A stretch of DNA of 64,000 nt from Epiperipatus broadwayi. Lineage: Eukaryota; Animalia; Onychophora. The notes under the pieces are model-generated. The model was not told where the DNA came from. It saw nothing but the letters and a program-made list of their open reading frames with translations, and did no database searches. Positions 41,723-55,945 of this stretch are shown in pieces (position 1 is the stretch's first letter; the number at the start of each line of letters is the position of its first letter). Position numbers and translations under genes: made by a program. The stretch covers positions 12,958,001-13,022,000 of the forward strand of contig JAQFVV010000005.1 of assembly GCA_028023455.1 (NCBI GenBank). Direction: 5' to 3'.

Positions 41723-41925
41723 CAAAATAATTTTAACATTAACATGATTTTTTTAAAATACAAAAATAAGAAGAAATAACTAGTACCAGCTTCTTTTCTT
41801 TCACTACAGTTATGCATTTTAGTGTAAACATTAGCAAACTAGGGACATATGATGCCTTATTGATTTTAACAAATAGGTAAATTCAGATATTTATAATTAT
41901 TATTTTAATTTAAATATATGCTTAC

Positions 41926-41961
41926 TTGGTGAATTTTCAGGAGAAGTTAAATGCCACATTG
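41926..41961 (-). CDS. Candidate 36-nt linker exon
   Basis: gtttgtgtatttcag|(A)MWHLTSPENSP|gtaagc, phase 1-1, open; fits between the mucin and EGF exons. Confidence 0.5.
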
Positions 41962-43574
41962 CTGAAATACACAAACAAATTAATTAAAATTATAATAAAA
42001 ATAATATTGAAAGATAATAATTCTAAATTAAGTATATGGAACATCAATAGTTATCTTGTTAATATATAAAGTTGTGTTGGGATAATTCCTGTATTACAAA
42101 TATAAACATAGGCCAGAATATAATCAGCAGTAGCTTACTAAACTTCCAAGATTTTATTTGTAAATATAAAAAAGACTAATCCTTATTACTCTACTTTAAA
42201 ACAAGCTATTATCCAACTAAAAAAATTCTGCAATAAAACACTAAGCATGTATATCTCATAAGGATTCTGAAAAGTTTCATCCTGCAATTAGTGTTTCTAT
42301 AGATTGTAAGAAAGCTCTCTATAAACCTATTAATAATTTGTTACTAAAAAGGACAGACATAGTATCAAGGACAGATACTGAAATGTCATCATTACAATAA
42401 CATATGAATTGGATCAGTTTAAATAGTGACAGCTCACACAACTAAAGGATTTCAATACTCAAGAACCAACTCATGAACTTAATGGTGCTTTATCTGTAGA
42501 TTGCTATTCCACTACTCAATGTGTCCTTAGCAGAATATTTCTCAACACTCCCTCATTCAGGATTTGCATACAAAGGCTCTCATCAAGGCTAATTCCAGGT
42601 TGCGATGAGAAGAATCTTTATAAAAGGAATGCTCCTGAGAGATTATTAGTGAATCTTGAACATTCAGGCTTTCTAAAAATATCCATACATCTCACATTAA
42701 ATTGAGTATCAGTTATTCTTTACAGGATTAATTTTTTTTGCAATAGACCCAAGAGCCAAATTTTATTGATAAGAAGAGAAATGTGAAAATAAATGTATTG
42801 GTTTCATTAACATCATAATGAAATGTTAAATTCAGTTATTCTCTGGAAATTGACCAATTACTATATGCATCATTCTATATTCAACTACTAAATATACTTT
42901 GTCTTTGATAATACTGAAAAACTAATAAAAAGTTTAAAAACAATGATTAACAAATACTATTTTCATAACATCAACACTTTTCATTTCAATTTCTTGGCAA
43001 TAGTAATAATCAGTTATAATAACAATTCTAACAATTCATATTCTAATAGTAAATAAAAAAATTAGCTTACAAAATATATCATAGATATACTCCAAATGAT
43101 ATGCAGTTCATCAATTCATTTTGCTCTGGAAGATAACAATACGCTATAGTTCATCGTTTATTATAAACCTCCTAATTATTATAACTTATGGTTGAAGTAT
43201 GTTTGCTAAGTCATTGTAAATATACAAATAATCATATTAAAACAATAAAAGGACACTTAAAAGATAACCGATTTTAATTTTAAAATTATTTTTATTATTG
43301 TGATTATTCTGTTATTGTAATTAATCATTTGAAATAAAATAAAAATATTCAGAAAAACACTGATAAACTTTTACAGGAAGTTTCTGGAATCTGCTAAAAG
43401 TCTGACTAAGGTAAAACACTGATTATAATTTTTTGATTCCTAAAAATAGCTGTTATATGCTGTAATACTAATTTATGAGCCACCATTAGTAATTAAAATA
43501 ATTATACATTGAAAAACAACAATAAGAAAAAAAATCATTCAAGATAAAACTATAAATTTTTTAACAAAGATGGC

Positions 43575-46500
43575 AGTAATGTTTATGAAATTCTAACAAA
43601 TGGAGAGAGCAATAGAAAGACTAGGAAGAGGGATAGAGATACTGTTAATAGGTGGCAAGGGAGTATATACATTGTCGGGTCTTTTTTTTTTGCAGATGAT
43701 GTCTTTTTGTATGCAGAAAGAATAGAAGATATGGAAGTTATGCTGAGGAGATGTGCAAGGGTGGGTAAAGATATGGGGATTAAATTTGGTGAAGAAAAAT
43801 CAAATATAATGATGGTGAATACTGGAGAAAAAGAAGACAAAGATTTCTTGTTGGGGGATATAAAGTTAAGTGTGGTGAATAGATATAGTTATTTTGGGAA
43901 TCATCTTGAGTAATCAGAAAAATTGCTTGGATGAATGGGAGAAAAAAATTGATAAATGCAGCAAAGAAAAGAAAGGGATTGATAAAGAAATTAACAGTGT
44001 TTTCATATAATAAATATGATGTAGCTACAATTGTATGGAAGGGAGTGGCACTAGCAGGGTTAACATACAGCAATGATGCGTTATGTGTTAGTAAAGGGGT
44101 ATTAGATTACTTAGAAAAAGTACAAAGGGAAGTAAGAAAACATGCATTAGATGCAGAGGTGTGGACAGCAAAGGAGGCAATTTAAGGAGAAATGGGATGA
44201 TCAAGTTTTTATATAAAGGATGCAAAAAGCAAATTGAAAATGTTCGGTAGATTAGTTTATAGATAATAAAAGAATAGACAAAATTGTATTTAATTGGGTT
44301 ACAAATAAAGGGCAGGCAACAAGATGGGTGAGAAAGATAATGTTGTATGCAGAAGATTTGGATAAAGAATTTATGTCAGTATACTTGTACAAAAGGTGGG
44401 ATAATTGTATTAGGAGGATTGTTGAGTGTTATAGTGATAAGGAGTGGGATAGAAGAATAGATGCATTAATAAAGAATAGGGAGTTGGAGAGATGGAGAAC
44501 TAGTATGGAGAGTAAAATGAGTTTAAATATATATAGAAGTAAATGGAACATTGGGTATGAGTTAATTTATGATAATAGTAAAAAAAGTAGTTTATTGTTT
44601 AAGGCTCGAATGGGATCTTTAGCAACAAGGGAATGGACACATTGTAACAGTCAAAACACGTGTATCTCGTTAACATATTGCAGAATTCGACCACCAAACA
44701 GAACAGCAGCACCATCGAGTAGCGAAGCCACCGGTAATACTGAGTTCGAACATAGTTTATCGGTTCCACAATACAATCTACGGAATAACGCCTCTGGTGC
44801 AACATAAGTAAACACTTCTTTAGGCACGGTGGTCAGGGAGATGCACGAGATTCATGGGTTTTGTTTCCGAGTTGGCCAACAATCAAATGAATATTAATTA
44901 ACATATATAATCGAGGAAATGTCTATAATGGGCATCGAATAAATGAAAACTTAACTACAGACGTATATTTAGAATTATTTATTTACGTATTTAATAAAAG
45001 AAAACATTATTAATGTTATTAATCATATTTTAAATTCAAAGTCTCAACAGCTAATTGGTAATATTATATATATAAAAATACATTTATTTATAAGGAGCAT
45101 TTATTTATATGAAGGCGTAATCTAGCTACCTAGGGTTCTCGAGTGAGTATTTCTAATGCGTGCTGTAAGGAATTTATACTTTGCACTGCAAGAGTCATCA
45201 GTAACGGCGGACATACATTTATTTAATAAAATATTTATTTTACGACAAAGGGCAAACATTTATTTGAGAGTATATGACGAAGATAATGCCGAGGCGGAGT
45301 GATAGAGAGAATAATAAACTAAATAAAAGAACACGTGGTACGCTTTAGAAGGGCGATGTAAAATGGCAGCGCTGAAACTGCAATGCCGTGAATAAGTTAT
45401 AAGGGTTTCGGGTTGGTCTCTGCCGCGACCTGAAGAGGTAAGGTGTCACATGAGCATAACCAGGGACAAGCGGTCCGTGTCGCAATTTGCCAGCTGGCTG
45501 CGTGACGGTCGTCAAGCCCTATGGGAACATTATCATGTCCGCTTGTGTAGGACGACTGGGGTTAATTCAACCCTAGAGAATCCGGAGTATTCACGGCGTG
45601 GAATGAGCCATCGGGGCTTCAAAACGTAACACATGTATAATATCTAAAAGATTGTGGTAATATTTAACTAGATTTCAAACTCGGCCCAACATTATCAACG
45701 TTGACTGAAAGAAAATTGGTGACTCTCAAAGAAATGAAATTTACATAATTATTCATTAACATTTAATAATAATAAAAAATATCTAAAAAGGGAATTATTA
45801 CAGCGAGTATGCCAGCTATTACGGAGTAGTAGACCCTGCATTACAATAACTGATTCTTTGAATGCGTGTCGATTTATATGAAATTTAAGTTATTTATAAA
45901 AGCAAATATTAATGATAATTCGACACGCATTCACTGTTCAAGCGATTATGGATTTAGCTTTAAAACTAAGACAATTATGAGAAGGTAATATTTCAATGAT
46001 AATTATAAATGAAATGTAGATTTAAGAAATACACACCTAAGAAGTGATAGAGGGAGGGTAAGCTAGATTATGCGAGAAATTTACAGACTACATGAATTCT
46101 CAAATTTTAGTTTCTCAAAATTACAATTTTAACATTTAGAAGTTATACAAATAATAGGAGATGAGCTATAGCTTATTATTACTAGAGTACTCTATAATTT
46201 GGAATACACACACAGGTACCTGTTTTATAAGATGTTTTCGTCCATTGGTTTAATAGCAGATTGTTCGTAATTAGAAGTTTTCTTTCTTGTCCTGGGCATG
46301 TTGTTTTATTGATTTTTAACAGCAGCGGCTTTCTTGTTTATTTCAGGCAGCAGATCATTTTGGTGTTTTTACGATGGGCAAGGTGAAGCTCGGCATATGG
46401 TGGGCCATCTCCCGATGGAGAATAATTTCGGTGCTTACTCGGTCATACCTTGCAGTATTAATTTATTTAAGATATTTTAGACGCTCCACTCGAGAGCAAA

Positions 46501-47520
46501 GCTAAAATTCAAGTGAAAGTCTCCAGCAAGTCTAAGATGGCCTCCTTTTTCTTATCTTGATCTTTTAATTTTTCTGTTGAGATATTTTTAGGTTTTATTT
46601 ATCTTGCCCTCAGGATAATCAATGCTTTTGCTGGTTTTAATTAGAAAGGAATTTGCTGTGCTATTGTTTGTTTTGTTTTTTTCTTTTACATTCGTTAATT
46701 ACATTTTTTTGGAATTTTTCTATAATTAATTTATTATCTATCACTGACCGATGCTTTTAAATTTTCAAAGACAAAAGGGAATAAAATTATTTTAACTTTA
46801 ATTAATTATTGCTTCAGATTTTGTTAGACTTATTATTTAACGAAATTTAAACTAAGCAACAAATACGAACTTTTATAAAATTCAAAATAAATGATTATTA
46901 TTACACAAAATTTATTTAACTAAAAGGAATCTAAATTATATTATTTTATCCGTATTTATTGCGCTTAATTTGAGATCGAAATGTGTGCGTGTTTATGTTG
47001 AATTCTACATATATTTATACATTTTTAATATTGTTACACACACAATTCGATACCAAAAAGTTTAAATTTGGGTGGGATAGACCGGTCAGTGAGACACGAC
47101 AGAAAAAGGTGAAACTTGAGATTCGAATACGAATCTCACTGTTTCAATGTAAATGGAAAAATATGGGTGATTTAGTCTGCAATTTGTGTAAGGAAGGCAT
47201 AGAAAATATTAGGCATCTGTTACTTCAATGTAAATTCTTGGAAGCAGAAAGGGTACAAATAATGAAGTTATGGAAGATTAAATATGAACAAAGTGATTAT
47301 ATAGAAAGTGAGTTTTTGGTTTTTATGCTTAGTTTGGGAAAAGATAAGGGGGATTTAGATATGAAGGTCATGGAGTTGACAAAGATTATGTTGTGGAAAT
47401 GGGATGGAGCAGATTATGGGAAAACTTAGGGTGGAGAATGGAAAGAGAATGTAAAGTGGCTAACAGGTTTCTCTGGGCATAGTTGCTGAGAGATTCCTGA
47501 CTCCGTATAAGAAGAAGTCA
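43575..47520 (+). mobile_element. 5'-truncated LINE (RT C-terminus plus CCHC) split by a 2.5-kb insertion
   Basis: FFADDVFL (about 43690); LFKARMGSLATREWTH before 44647 resumes as CKWKNMGDLVCNLCKEGIENIRHLLLQC after 47148. Confidence 0.85.
44648..47147. mobile_element. Unclassified insertion Y
   Basis: Interrupts the LINE frame; flanked by tgtaa/tgtaa (or cattgtaa/caatgtaa); CpG-rich patches and terminal hairpins. Confidence 0.65.
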
Positions 47521-47743
47521 CAGTGTATCACATCACATCAACAAACATAAAGCCATGACGTATATAAACAGCATTGCTCAAATAATATTGAATTTAAATC
47601 ATAATTTTTAAATGGATTATCTGAAGAACTTTTTATGGTATTGTGTTAATGAATATGAGTGTGCATGCAAAAATAAATATTCAAAAAATATTAAATAAAC
47701 AAGATCATATTTTGCATGCTACTTGATAATAAAACCAACTTAC

Positions 47744-47824
47744 CTGTAGAAGGAGGTATAGAAGGCATTGCACGAGGAGTAATTCCAAGAATGGGGGAGC
47801 TTTCTATAGTGAATTCAGTTTGTT
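47744..47824 (-). CDS. Mucin-like S/T/P exon
   Basis: 81 nt, ag|..|gtaagt, phase 1-1: (E)QTEFTIESSPILGITPRAMPSIPPST. Confidence 0.85.
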
Positions 47825-50209
47825 CTACAATTTAAAAATTAACTTTTATATAAATTAAATATTCATAAAATAATGTAATTTTTGCACTTTTAAATTAAAA
47901 ATAAAATTTATTGACATTGTTTTATTTCTACAATTTTGGCTATCTAATAGGCTACTTAAAAAGCTATAATTAACAAATGAATTACATTATCCATATGGCA
48001 TCCCTAAACATACATATGCAGATATATATAAATGAAACAAAAGTAACTATCTACCACTGAGTTATGTGAAATCAAAAACAATTGAAGAGAGAATGGACTT
48101 CCCATAACTCAATAAGAAATATTTATTTCTGTTTAAATTAGATTAAAAAATTATAATTATTTATAATATATATATATTAATTATTTTATATACATATATA
48201 AATAAATATATATATATTGAAGTGTGTACTTTATTTGTATCAATAGTCAGTTACTAAAGTCAAACAGAGAAAAAATGGATTAGATAGAGATTTCTGGTAT
48301 AAGTTTTATTTTGGTTATAAATGTAGCTTAATTAAACAACATTAGAATAATTTAACATTCAATTTATTAATTTAGTAACTATTTACACACACACATATAT
48401 CTTAAATTATTTGTGTATACATGTTGATGTGAGTATGTGAAAGTTAACTTCAAATATTGATTTAAATAATATAAAAGCTCAAGTCAATTCTAAATTTTAA
48501 ATAAATTATTTTTGTTGTAATTAAAAATAATTTGATAAAATGTTTTTTTTTTAAAACATGGCAATTATTTTAAGTTCAAACTCAATGTTTTTTTTTTTCT
48601 AATAATTTTGATTACATATATTTTTAATTAAATGATCCTGGTAAATTATTTTAATTATATTTAATCCCAGTTGTTATGTATAATTGATAAATGACATATT
48701 TCTTATTTGTTAAATTCCTTACAAGGTAAGAAAAGCATCAATATTATCATAAAGTTATATAAAGGTCAAAAATAAGTAGTTTAATTATTCTTATTTAATC
48801 TGTTACAGCTTCAAGAGATAGTCGGGCTACATTAGTTTTTCAAGATTTCTCTCTTTACAGCAGAGATAGCTTGGAAAAGAACTTTGTAAAATGCCAGAAA
48901 AATTCTAATGCTAACCAAAGTGACTGATGGAAAAGAAGCCATGAAGCAGTAGATTTAAAAACCCATAGGATCTCTCTTTCTCTTGAATTGTCTGTATCAC
49001 CAAAATAAAATTACCATTGCTGCTTGCTGATTGTGAATCATTCCCAAATTAACTGAGATTAACTAACTTATGAAACATACTAAATATGACATTTATAAAA
49101 AAAACTTATCTTGTGTAAAAAAAAAAAATGTTGACAATATTTTCAATTATATGGACTCAAGAGATAATTTATTGAGTGCTCACAGATCATCTAAAAATCA
49201 AATAAGATATGAATCACCAGGTCATTTATATATAGATTTTCCACAGACATTTGCATGAAAAACTTTAAAAAAGAACTTATCATTTAAAGATTTAGTAAGA
49301 CATTTCCAAATGTAAATTTCTTTTATCTTGGCCTTAATTTATTTTTCTTAAAAAAGAGAAGTTTTCTTTTTATATAATCTCATGTTTTTTTCCTATTTGA
49401 TATAATTTTTTATTTATTTATTATATTTTCTTTTATTATGATTTATGGCAAGATCTATAAAAATATATATCAAGATGGAAAGAAGGGATCAAAATAAATT
49501 ATTATGCTACTTACTGTAATAACTTAATTGTTGTCGAAGAGACCAATAATAATATATAAAAAAGAAATATCTTGATGCATATTTCTTGCAATTTATATAT
49601 TACTTCTTAAAAATGATATGTTATTTAATATGTTAATGCACATGTGTGTGTGAATATATTAATATTGCACACATAGATTTTTTAAGTATGCTTTTGAAAG
49701 TAAATAAATCATTTAATTTTGAAAAAGTTATATGCTTATTTAAAAATGCTTATAACCTATATTATTTAAATGTAATAAAATCAAAGAAAAGAAAGCAATG
49801 AATAATTAGAATTCATGCTAATATTGATAATTTATACTTCATTGTCAATGCTATATATGGTGCAAATTAGATCTTGTTGAATACTTAGATTGATTTTGAG
49901 GAATGAAATGCAAGATTACATATGCATTTTCATTATGGGTCAATATAAATTGATATAATTCCTATTATTTATAGTTAAGATATCTATTTACAAGAAGCCA
50001 TGGTCATTCATATGATTGGAAAGTAATGCTCACCAATTTATTTATTTTATTGGTCTTCTAAGTCCTCTACTTTGACCCTTGTGCATATTTTTAAATAGTA
50101 AATATTGTATTAATGTGTTTTAAATAATAAATATTATATTAATGTGTTAATAATAAAGTTAACTGCCATATGCAGTTAAGTCTGCAATTTATCAATAAAA
50201 TCAATTCAT

Positions 50210-50290
50210 CTGTAGAAGGTGAGACAGAAAGTATTATATGAGAAGTTATACCAAGAGTGGGAGAGCTTTCTACAGTAAATTCAGTTTGTT
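50210..50290 (-). pseudogene. Mucin-like exon paralog with dead 5' splice site
   Basis: 81 nt, open: (E)QTEFTVESSPTLGITSHIILSVSPST; acceptor intact, but the donor reads ATGAAT instead of GTAAGT. Confidence 0.7.
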
Positions 50291-51286
50291 CTAAAATTTA
50301 AAAAATAATCAGCTTTTATATAAAGTAAATACTCTTAATATAATATACTTTTTGCATTATTCATACTGTTTTTTTTTACAATTTTGAATGTCCAATAGAC
50401 TTCATCAAAAGCTATATAATCAATAAGTGAATTGCATTAGCTATATGATATTCCTAAAAATACATACACTCACTTATATATATTCAGATTAATTATTTTA
50501 CATACATGCAGAAATAAATGCATATACATACCTTTTTATTTATTTATCTGTAAATAAAACATAAGAGTGGCTCCCCATCCTAATATCATCTAACATAATC
50601 TTTAACAATCAAGATTACTGACTGCACATAAAATCTTCATTCATAGTATTTAAATCCCATTCTTAATCTGTTTCTATCATTGGCATTAAAGTGGAGAACT
50701 ATGATTGTCTTATCATATGTTTAAGTCAGCAGTTTTAAAGATTTATATTATCAGTAGATATATGACATAATTAATGTGTATATTTGTCAATTACTGCTAG
50801 GAAAAAAATCTGCTAGACAGTCAAAATTATAAAAAAAAATATATCAATAAATGCATTCTTAATTTAAAATTCAAAAAACCTATTCATGAAACAACTAAAT
50901 CCAAAAACCTTACTAAGATAATTTACAAATTAGATTAAATAACCTGCAAATACACATTTTCTAGTATCAACACTAATCTATTAGACAGATATAAAATGAT
51001 CTTTAATTACTTGTTACTGGGCATTATCTGAAAGTTTATTTAAATGCTTCTTTGGTAATGTGATTTGTGAATTAGTGTAGTAATATTTTTGGACTTAATT
51101 GCTCAATGAATAGATTTATATTATCAGTAATACATATTTAATGAACTGAAATTTGTAATAGACTTATTAAATAATTAGTAGATAAATAAAAAATATTCTA
51201 TTACACAAAAAGGCAATATAGAAAAATGGTATTTACACATCCGTATCATTCAAAGGATTTTATTTTTTAAATTGTAAATAGGAATT

Positions 51287-51502
51287 AAAACAGGCAAAAC
51301 TCACTATATATATTGCCACACACAGCAAGCTAGGTGCAGTGCTCTCAGATCCAAGGCTCCTCACTGATGAAGGCCATAAGCCAGAAACTAGTCTGGGGAT
51401 ATTGGATGAGTAGGCACTTGATGGGGATTTTATGCACAAGCCTTCTGGCATCCAATGATTACTCTAACTTGCTGTGAGGTGGTCATGTGATGTTTATTGG
51501 CA
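51287..51502. mobile_element. Short family A HHR element with 12-bp TSD
   Basis: TSD taaataggaatt at 51275-51286 and 51503-51514. Confidence 0.8.
51359..51398 (+). ncRNA. Minimal type I hammerhead ribozyme (family A)
   Basis: CCUCA-CUGAUGA-AGGCCAUAAGCCA-GAAAC-UA-GUC/UGGGG. Confidence 0.85.
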
Positions 51503-53501
51503 TAAATAGGAATTGTTAAAAGAAATATAAATAGATGGATAATTAAAAGAGTATGTGATATGGATAGATATGATAAAAAAGGTAGTTATGAATTGGAGAA
51601 ACTAGATTAAACTTGGAGAAATTATTATCATGCAATGGAATGATATTACTTAAAATGAAGTAATGATGTTACACATATAATTTATTTACTCATAATCAAG
51701 TATTAATATTGCTATTCTAATCTGTAAAGAAAAACCCAATGTATATTAATAAAGTAAATTTGTTTGAATTATTTAATACTAACTAATAAAATTTTAAAAA
51801 ACATTTAATTGTTTTATATTGTTTTATTTTTTAAAAAAAAAAAATATATATATATATAGCACTATGATTAAGAGATACAAATTTAATGATTTTATTGAAA
51901 TTATATGAGCAGGTAATATTTTCCCTATAGTTCTGCCATCTAGCATACATAAGCTTGAGTAATTAATAATTGACATCAATGTTTAATAAATCCCTATTCA
52001 GAATTGAACTACTATATCACCAGATTAGTTTCTAGCTTATAGCTTTCATCGATGAGAAATTTTGGGTTTGATCCTAATATACTTTCCCTCCTCTAGCAAT
52101 CATTTTATTCCTTAGTTTACTATCAAAAGACCAATCTGAAATTCAAGAACATCTTAATATTTTAAACCTACATCAACTGGCTTTTAGAGTTACATAGAGT
52201 TGAAAGCAGTTTAGGATCTATATGTTTTAGTATTCTCCATTTTTTAATAACTGTAGATACCTGCATTCATTGGCTAGAACTGTCATAAAAACACAAAATA
52301 CCACCTGACCTCAGTTTATATAATACTTTTATGTAGCAAATCTAATTCTTGTACTCCAGTTTTTCCATGAAATGCAAATTTGAATAATCAATAAATAACT
52401 GACAATAGTGCTTAACACTGTTCTATCCATACACTCAATTTAGTTTCTAGCTTATGACTTTTATCAATGAGGAATTTTGAATTTGGATTTAATGCAAATG
52501 GATCTTTCTAGATGTAAATTCTTTTTTTTCCAGCAGCCATCTTTTACTCTTTATTTTACTATTAGGACAACCAGCCTGAAATTCGAAAACATCTTAATGT
52601 TAGGAATCCAAATCAATATGTTAGCACTATTATAAATATCTTATACAAATCAGTATCCATATATTTTGGTGTCTTTGGTGTTTTAATAATTGTAGATATT
52701 GTCATAAAATCAATAAACTGGTTTCTAGCCATAACCTAGAAATTAGTCTGATGATTAAAAAAAGAGAGTAAAAACGGGATATGAACTTCATTTGGCATCC
52801 AAGCTTATGCTAAATAATCAAACTGAAATAAGAAAAAAAGATTTGTGACTTAAAAGTAATATATAAGCAAAATGTCATGTAGTTTGTTGTTGATTATATA
52901 CTTCATACATTAATTGAAGATGACCCTTTAATTTTAATATGATGTTTATCCAAAAAGTTGTTTAAAAGGACTTAGATAAGAAAAAAGAATTACAAGAAAT
53001 TGTAAATTTGTTGATTATGTACCTAAATGATGATTTTTAAATAATTAAATAACAAAAAAAAAACTGTTTAATAATTTATAAATTTAATTTTTGAAGATTC
53101 AAGATTTAAATTTACCCCTATAAGAATGTAGGCAATGAATAGGGTCTTAAGCAGCAACAACAATGATAAGAAAAATTAAGATTCAATCTTATTTTACATT
53201 TGTAAAAAAATTTCCAACGATAGTCCTTATTTTGAATTAACATTTATTATCATCCTGATATTCTACTTAATGTTAATGACATTGCTATATCAAGATAAGA
53301 TAGTGTTATAAATTTTTCTAATTTCAGTGCCACATGAAAGAGTCACACATAAATAGCACTATAAAAGGGATTCTATAGTACTCATATTTTAAATGGAATA
53401 TTTGAATTTTTTTTTTAGATTAAATGTGCTTATATGCAAAAATATTCAGAAAAGGATAAATAAACTTATTTGCATATTATTCTTTAATAAAAGCAACTTA
53501 C

Positions 53502-53576
53502 TTGTAGAAGATACTGTTGAAGGCATTGCATAAGGAGTTGGATTGAGATTGATTTTTGAAGAAAGTTCAGATTTTC
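53502..53576 (-). CDS. Mucin-like S/T/P exon
   Basis: 75 nt, ttaattttag|..|gtaagt: (G)KSELSSKINLNPTPYAMPSTVSST. Confidence 0.85.
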
Positions 53577-54949
53577 CTAAAATTAAAATAAATAAATAAT
53601 TTTTACTTAAAGTAAAGACTCTTTTTATAAAACTCTTTATTAAAAAATAATTGATCCAAATGTCAGAGTATAAAATACGGTCAAAATTCTTTGATAGATT
53701 TTAAAAGTTTATTTAAATACACGCATACATATGTAATATAAAATCATCTAAACTATATATGATAATTAAAAATGTGGTTCATCCAGAAGAAGTAATAATA
53801 AACTGCCTTTCAAATAACAAATTAAATTATAGCATTATAGCTATCTCTTGTATTTTTATCATCTTAAATAGCAAATAAAATTTAAATTTCCCAAAAAATA
53901 TTTAAAATCTTGTTTTCAATGTTTCTTTTTACATTTCATATAATAAAACAAGTATAACATTTATCCTGGATCAATGTCAAACTTCTGAAATTTATATAAG
54001 TTTATACTGTTCTCTTATTTATTCATAAGACTATTTAAAATATTTATAAAACAGACATCCTTAATTCTTTTTACAAATTACTTCTAGCTTGTGAAACAAA
54101 CATTTTATCAAAAAAAATACCATTACAAATTACTTAGAATGTATCAGATAAAACAATTCTTAATTAGATAACTGCATAAAAGTAGTCCTTTCAACATTTC
54201 TACATAGAAAAGTAGAAAATAAAGGATATTTCTTATTATGCTTTTCATTTGCAGGCTGATGAAGAATTGAACACTATTTTTAATCTTTATTTCACTCGCT
54301 AATTAAACATAGCTAGATACCCATTAATCAACTAATATTGAATAGCTATTTGTGTTGTTTATCTGAAACAAAAAGTCTATTTATTAAATTTTACTTTCTA
54401 TGATTGAACTCAAGTTGTAAACAAAGGTACAATTACCAGTGCATATATAATTTTTTAAATTGATATGTAAATACTAAAATTATAACGAGATTTTTTTTCA
54501 TGCATTGAATAAATAAAAGTTTCTGCTATGATATTCATTATATGATTGAACACATTATTGCTGATAGTATTACTGATGCTAAAAAGAACCTTAAAGTTAA
54601 TTCTAGTTTAAGTCATTATATCCCCCCACCTTCATTAATAAAGATTTATTAGAATTCATTGCAGACTCTCTTGTTTTCACTTTTAATTGTTTGTATTTTT
54701 ACAAGTATTTTCAAATGTGCCGAGGTTATCCCAAACTAAACATGGTTCTCAAATTTATAATAATAACTGCATGCTTATTTTTGTTTTACATATTTCTGCA
54801 TGAGTTTGTGGGAATTGTGTTTGTAATAAAACTATTGCTGAAGTAAGTAGAATAATATATTTTTCCACAGTATGATTTATTCCCAATAAATCAGGGGAAA
54901 TCAATCTTCTTACTATCTATTATCACAAAGCATAGCAAACCCTGTATGG

Positions 54950-55010
54950 TTTAGTGTAGTTGGTAGAGCGTCTGATTTGGGATTGGGAGTTTCCAGCATT
55001 GATTCTAGCA
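54950..55010 (+). other. Degenerate tRNA-derived (SINE-head-like) sequence
   Basis: tagtgtagttggtagagcg A-box/D-arm and a tttggga loop; B-box decayed. Confidence 0.3.
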
Positions 55011-55059
55011 TTTGCAATAAAGCCTTTTTTTTATCACATAGCTTATTAATCTGAGAATC

Positions 55060-55330
55060 AGTAGACTGACGTCATTTATTTTGATTTATCAAAGGCTTCT
55101 AATAAAGTTGATCATATCAATCTCATTACCAAATCATACAAATATTTTTCTCCTATTTTTATTGGTGCAAATCTTTCTTTAGTGGTCATACAGCATTTGT
55201 TAAATGTAGTTATAAAACTCACCTAAGTATAACTTATAATGTTTCTCAAGGGAGCAATATTTACATGAAAAGATTGAATGGGATTTTCTTATCTTTTATA
55301 CTATGTACATTATTGTAAAACCTTCTGCAA
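55060..55330 (+). mobile_element. LINE RT relic (CR1/L2/Jockey-like)
   Basis: DVIYFDLSKASNKVDH matches DxxYLDFSKAFDKVxH. Confidence 0.6.
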
Positions 55331-55767
55331 CTGATGTACTTTTTTTCAAAGTAATATTTAAGTTGCTTGTTTTAAATAATATGTTTATTTACATAAATAA
55401 ATATTCACTTGAATTGTTTTCAAGATCATGGGTGCTATCATTTGATACAAAGAATACACATTATCTATCCCATTGGTTCTCCCCACTTTTTAACATTTAT
55501 TTAATCATTTGGAATATTAATATTAAATAAGATTTTCATTAAATCAGTTTTCAACAACTTTCCTATCTAACTTAAATAACCATATGAAACTGAACCAAGT
55601 TCAGATACACCATAGATTAATAACTTTAGCAATATAAAATTGTCAAAGCCTTAATAGCAAAAAATAAAATTACAAAAAAATCAAGTCATATGTCACATGA
55701 CCTAATTTAACAAGCTTGTATTACAAATGTAAATAAGTTCTTAACAAGCTTTGCAGAATATCCCCAA

Positions 55768-55805
55768 CTCCAGACCGGTTTCTGCTACTGGCTTCCTCAG
55801 TGAGG
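55768..55805 (-). ncRNA. Minimal type I hammerhead ribozyme (family C)
   Basis: CCUCA-CUGAGGA-A-GC(CAGUA)GC-A-GAAAC-CG-GUC/UGGAG; palindrome ACCGGU. Confidence 0.7.
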
Positions 55806-55907
55806 ATTGGAAGACATATGAATGTCTGAAAATTTCAGATTTTCTACTTAATAGTTATCCATTAGATAAAGTGCTGAGCTTGACCTGATATTTTTAATCT
55901 AGTGCCA

Positions 55908-55945
55908 CCTCACTGAGGAAGTCAGTAGCAGAAACGGGTCTGAGA
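55908..55945 (+). ncRNA. Minimal type I hammerhead ribozyme (family C, variant)
   Basis: CCUCA-CUGAGGA-AGUCAGUAGCA-GAAAC-GG-GUC/UGAGA. Confidence 0.6.
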
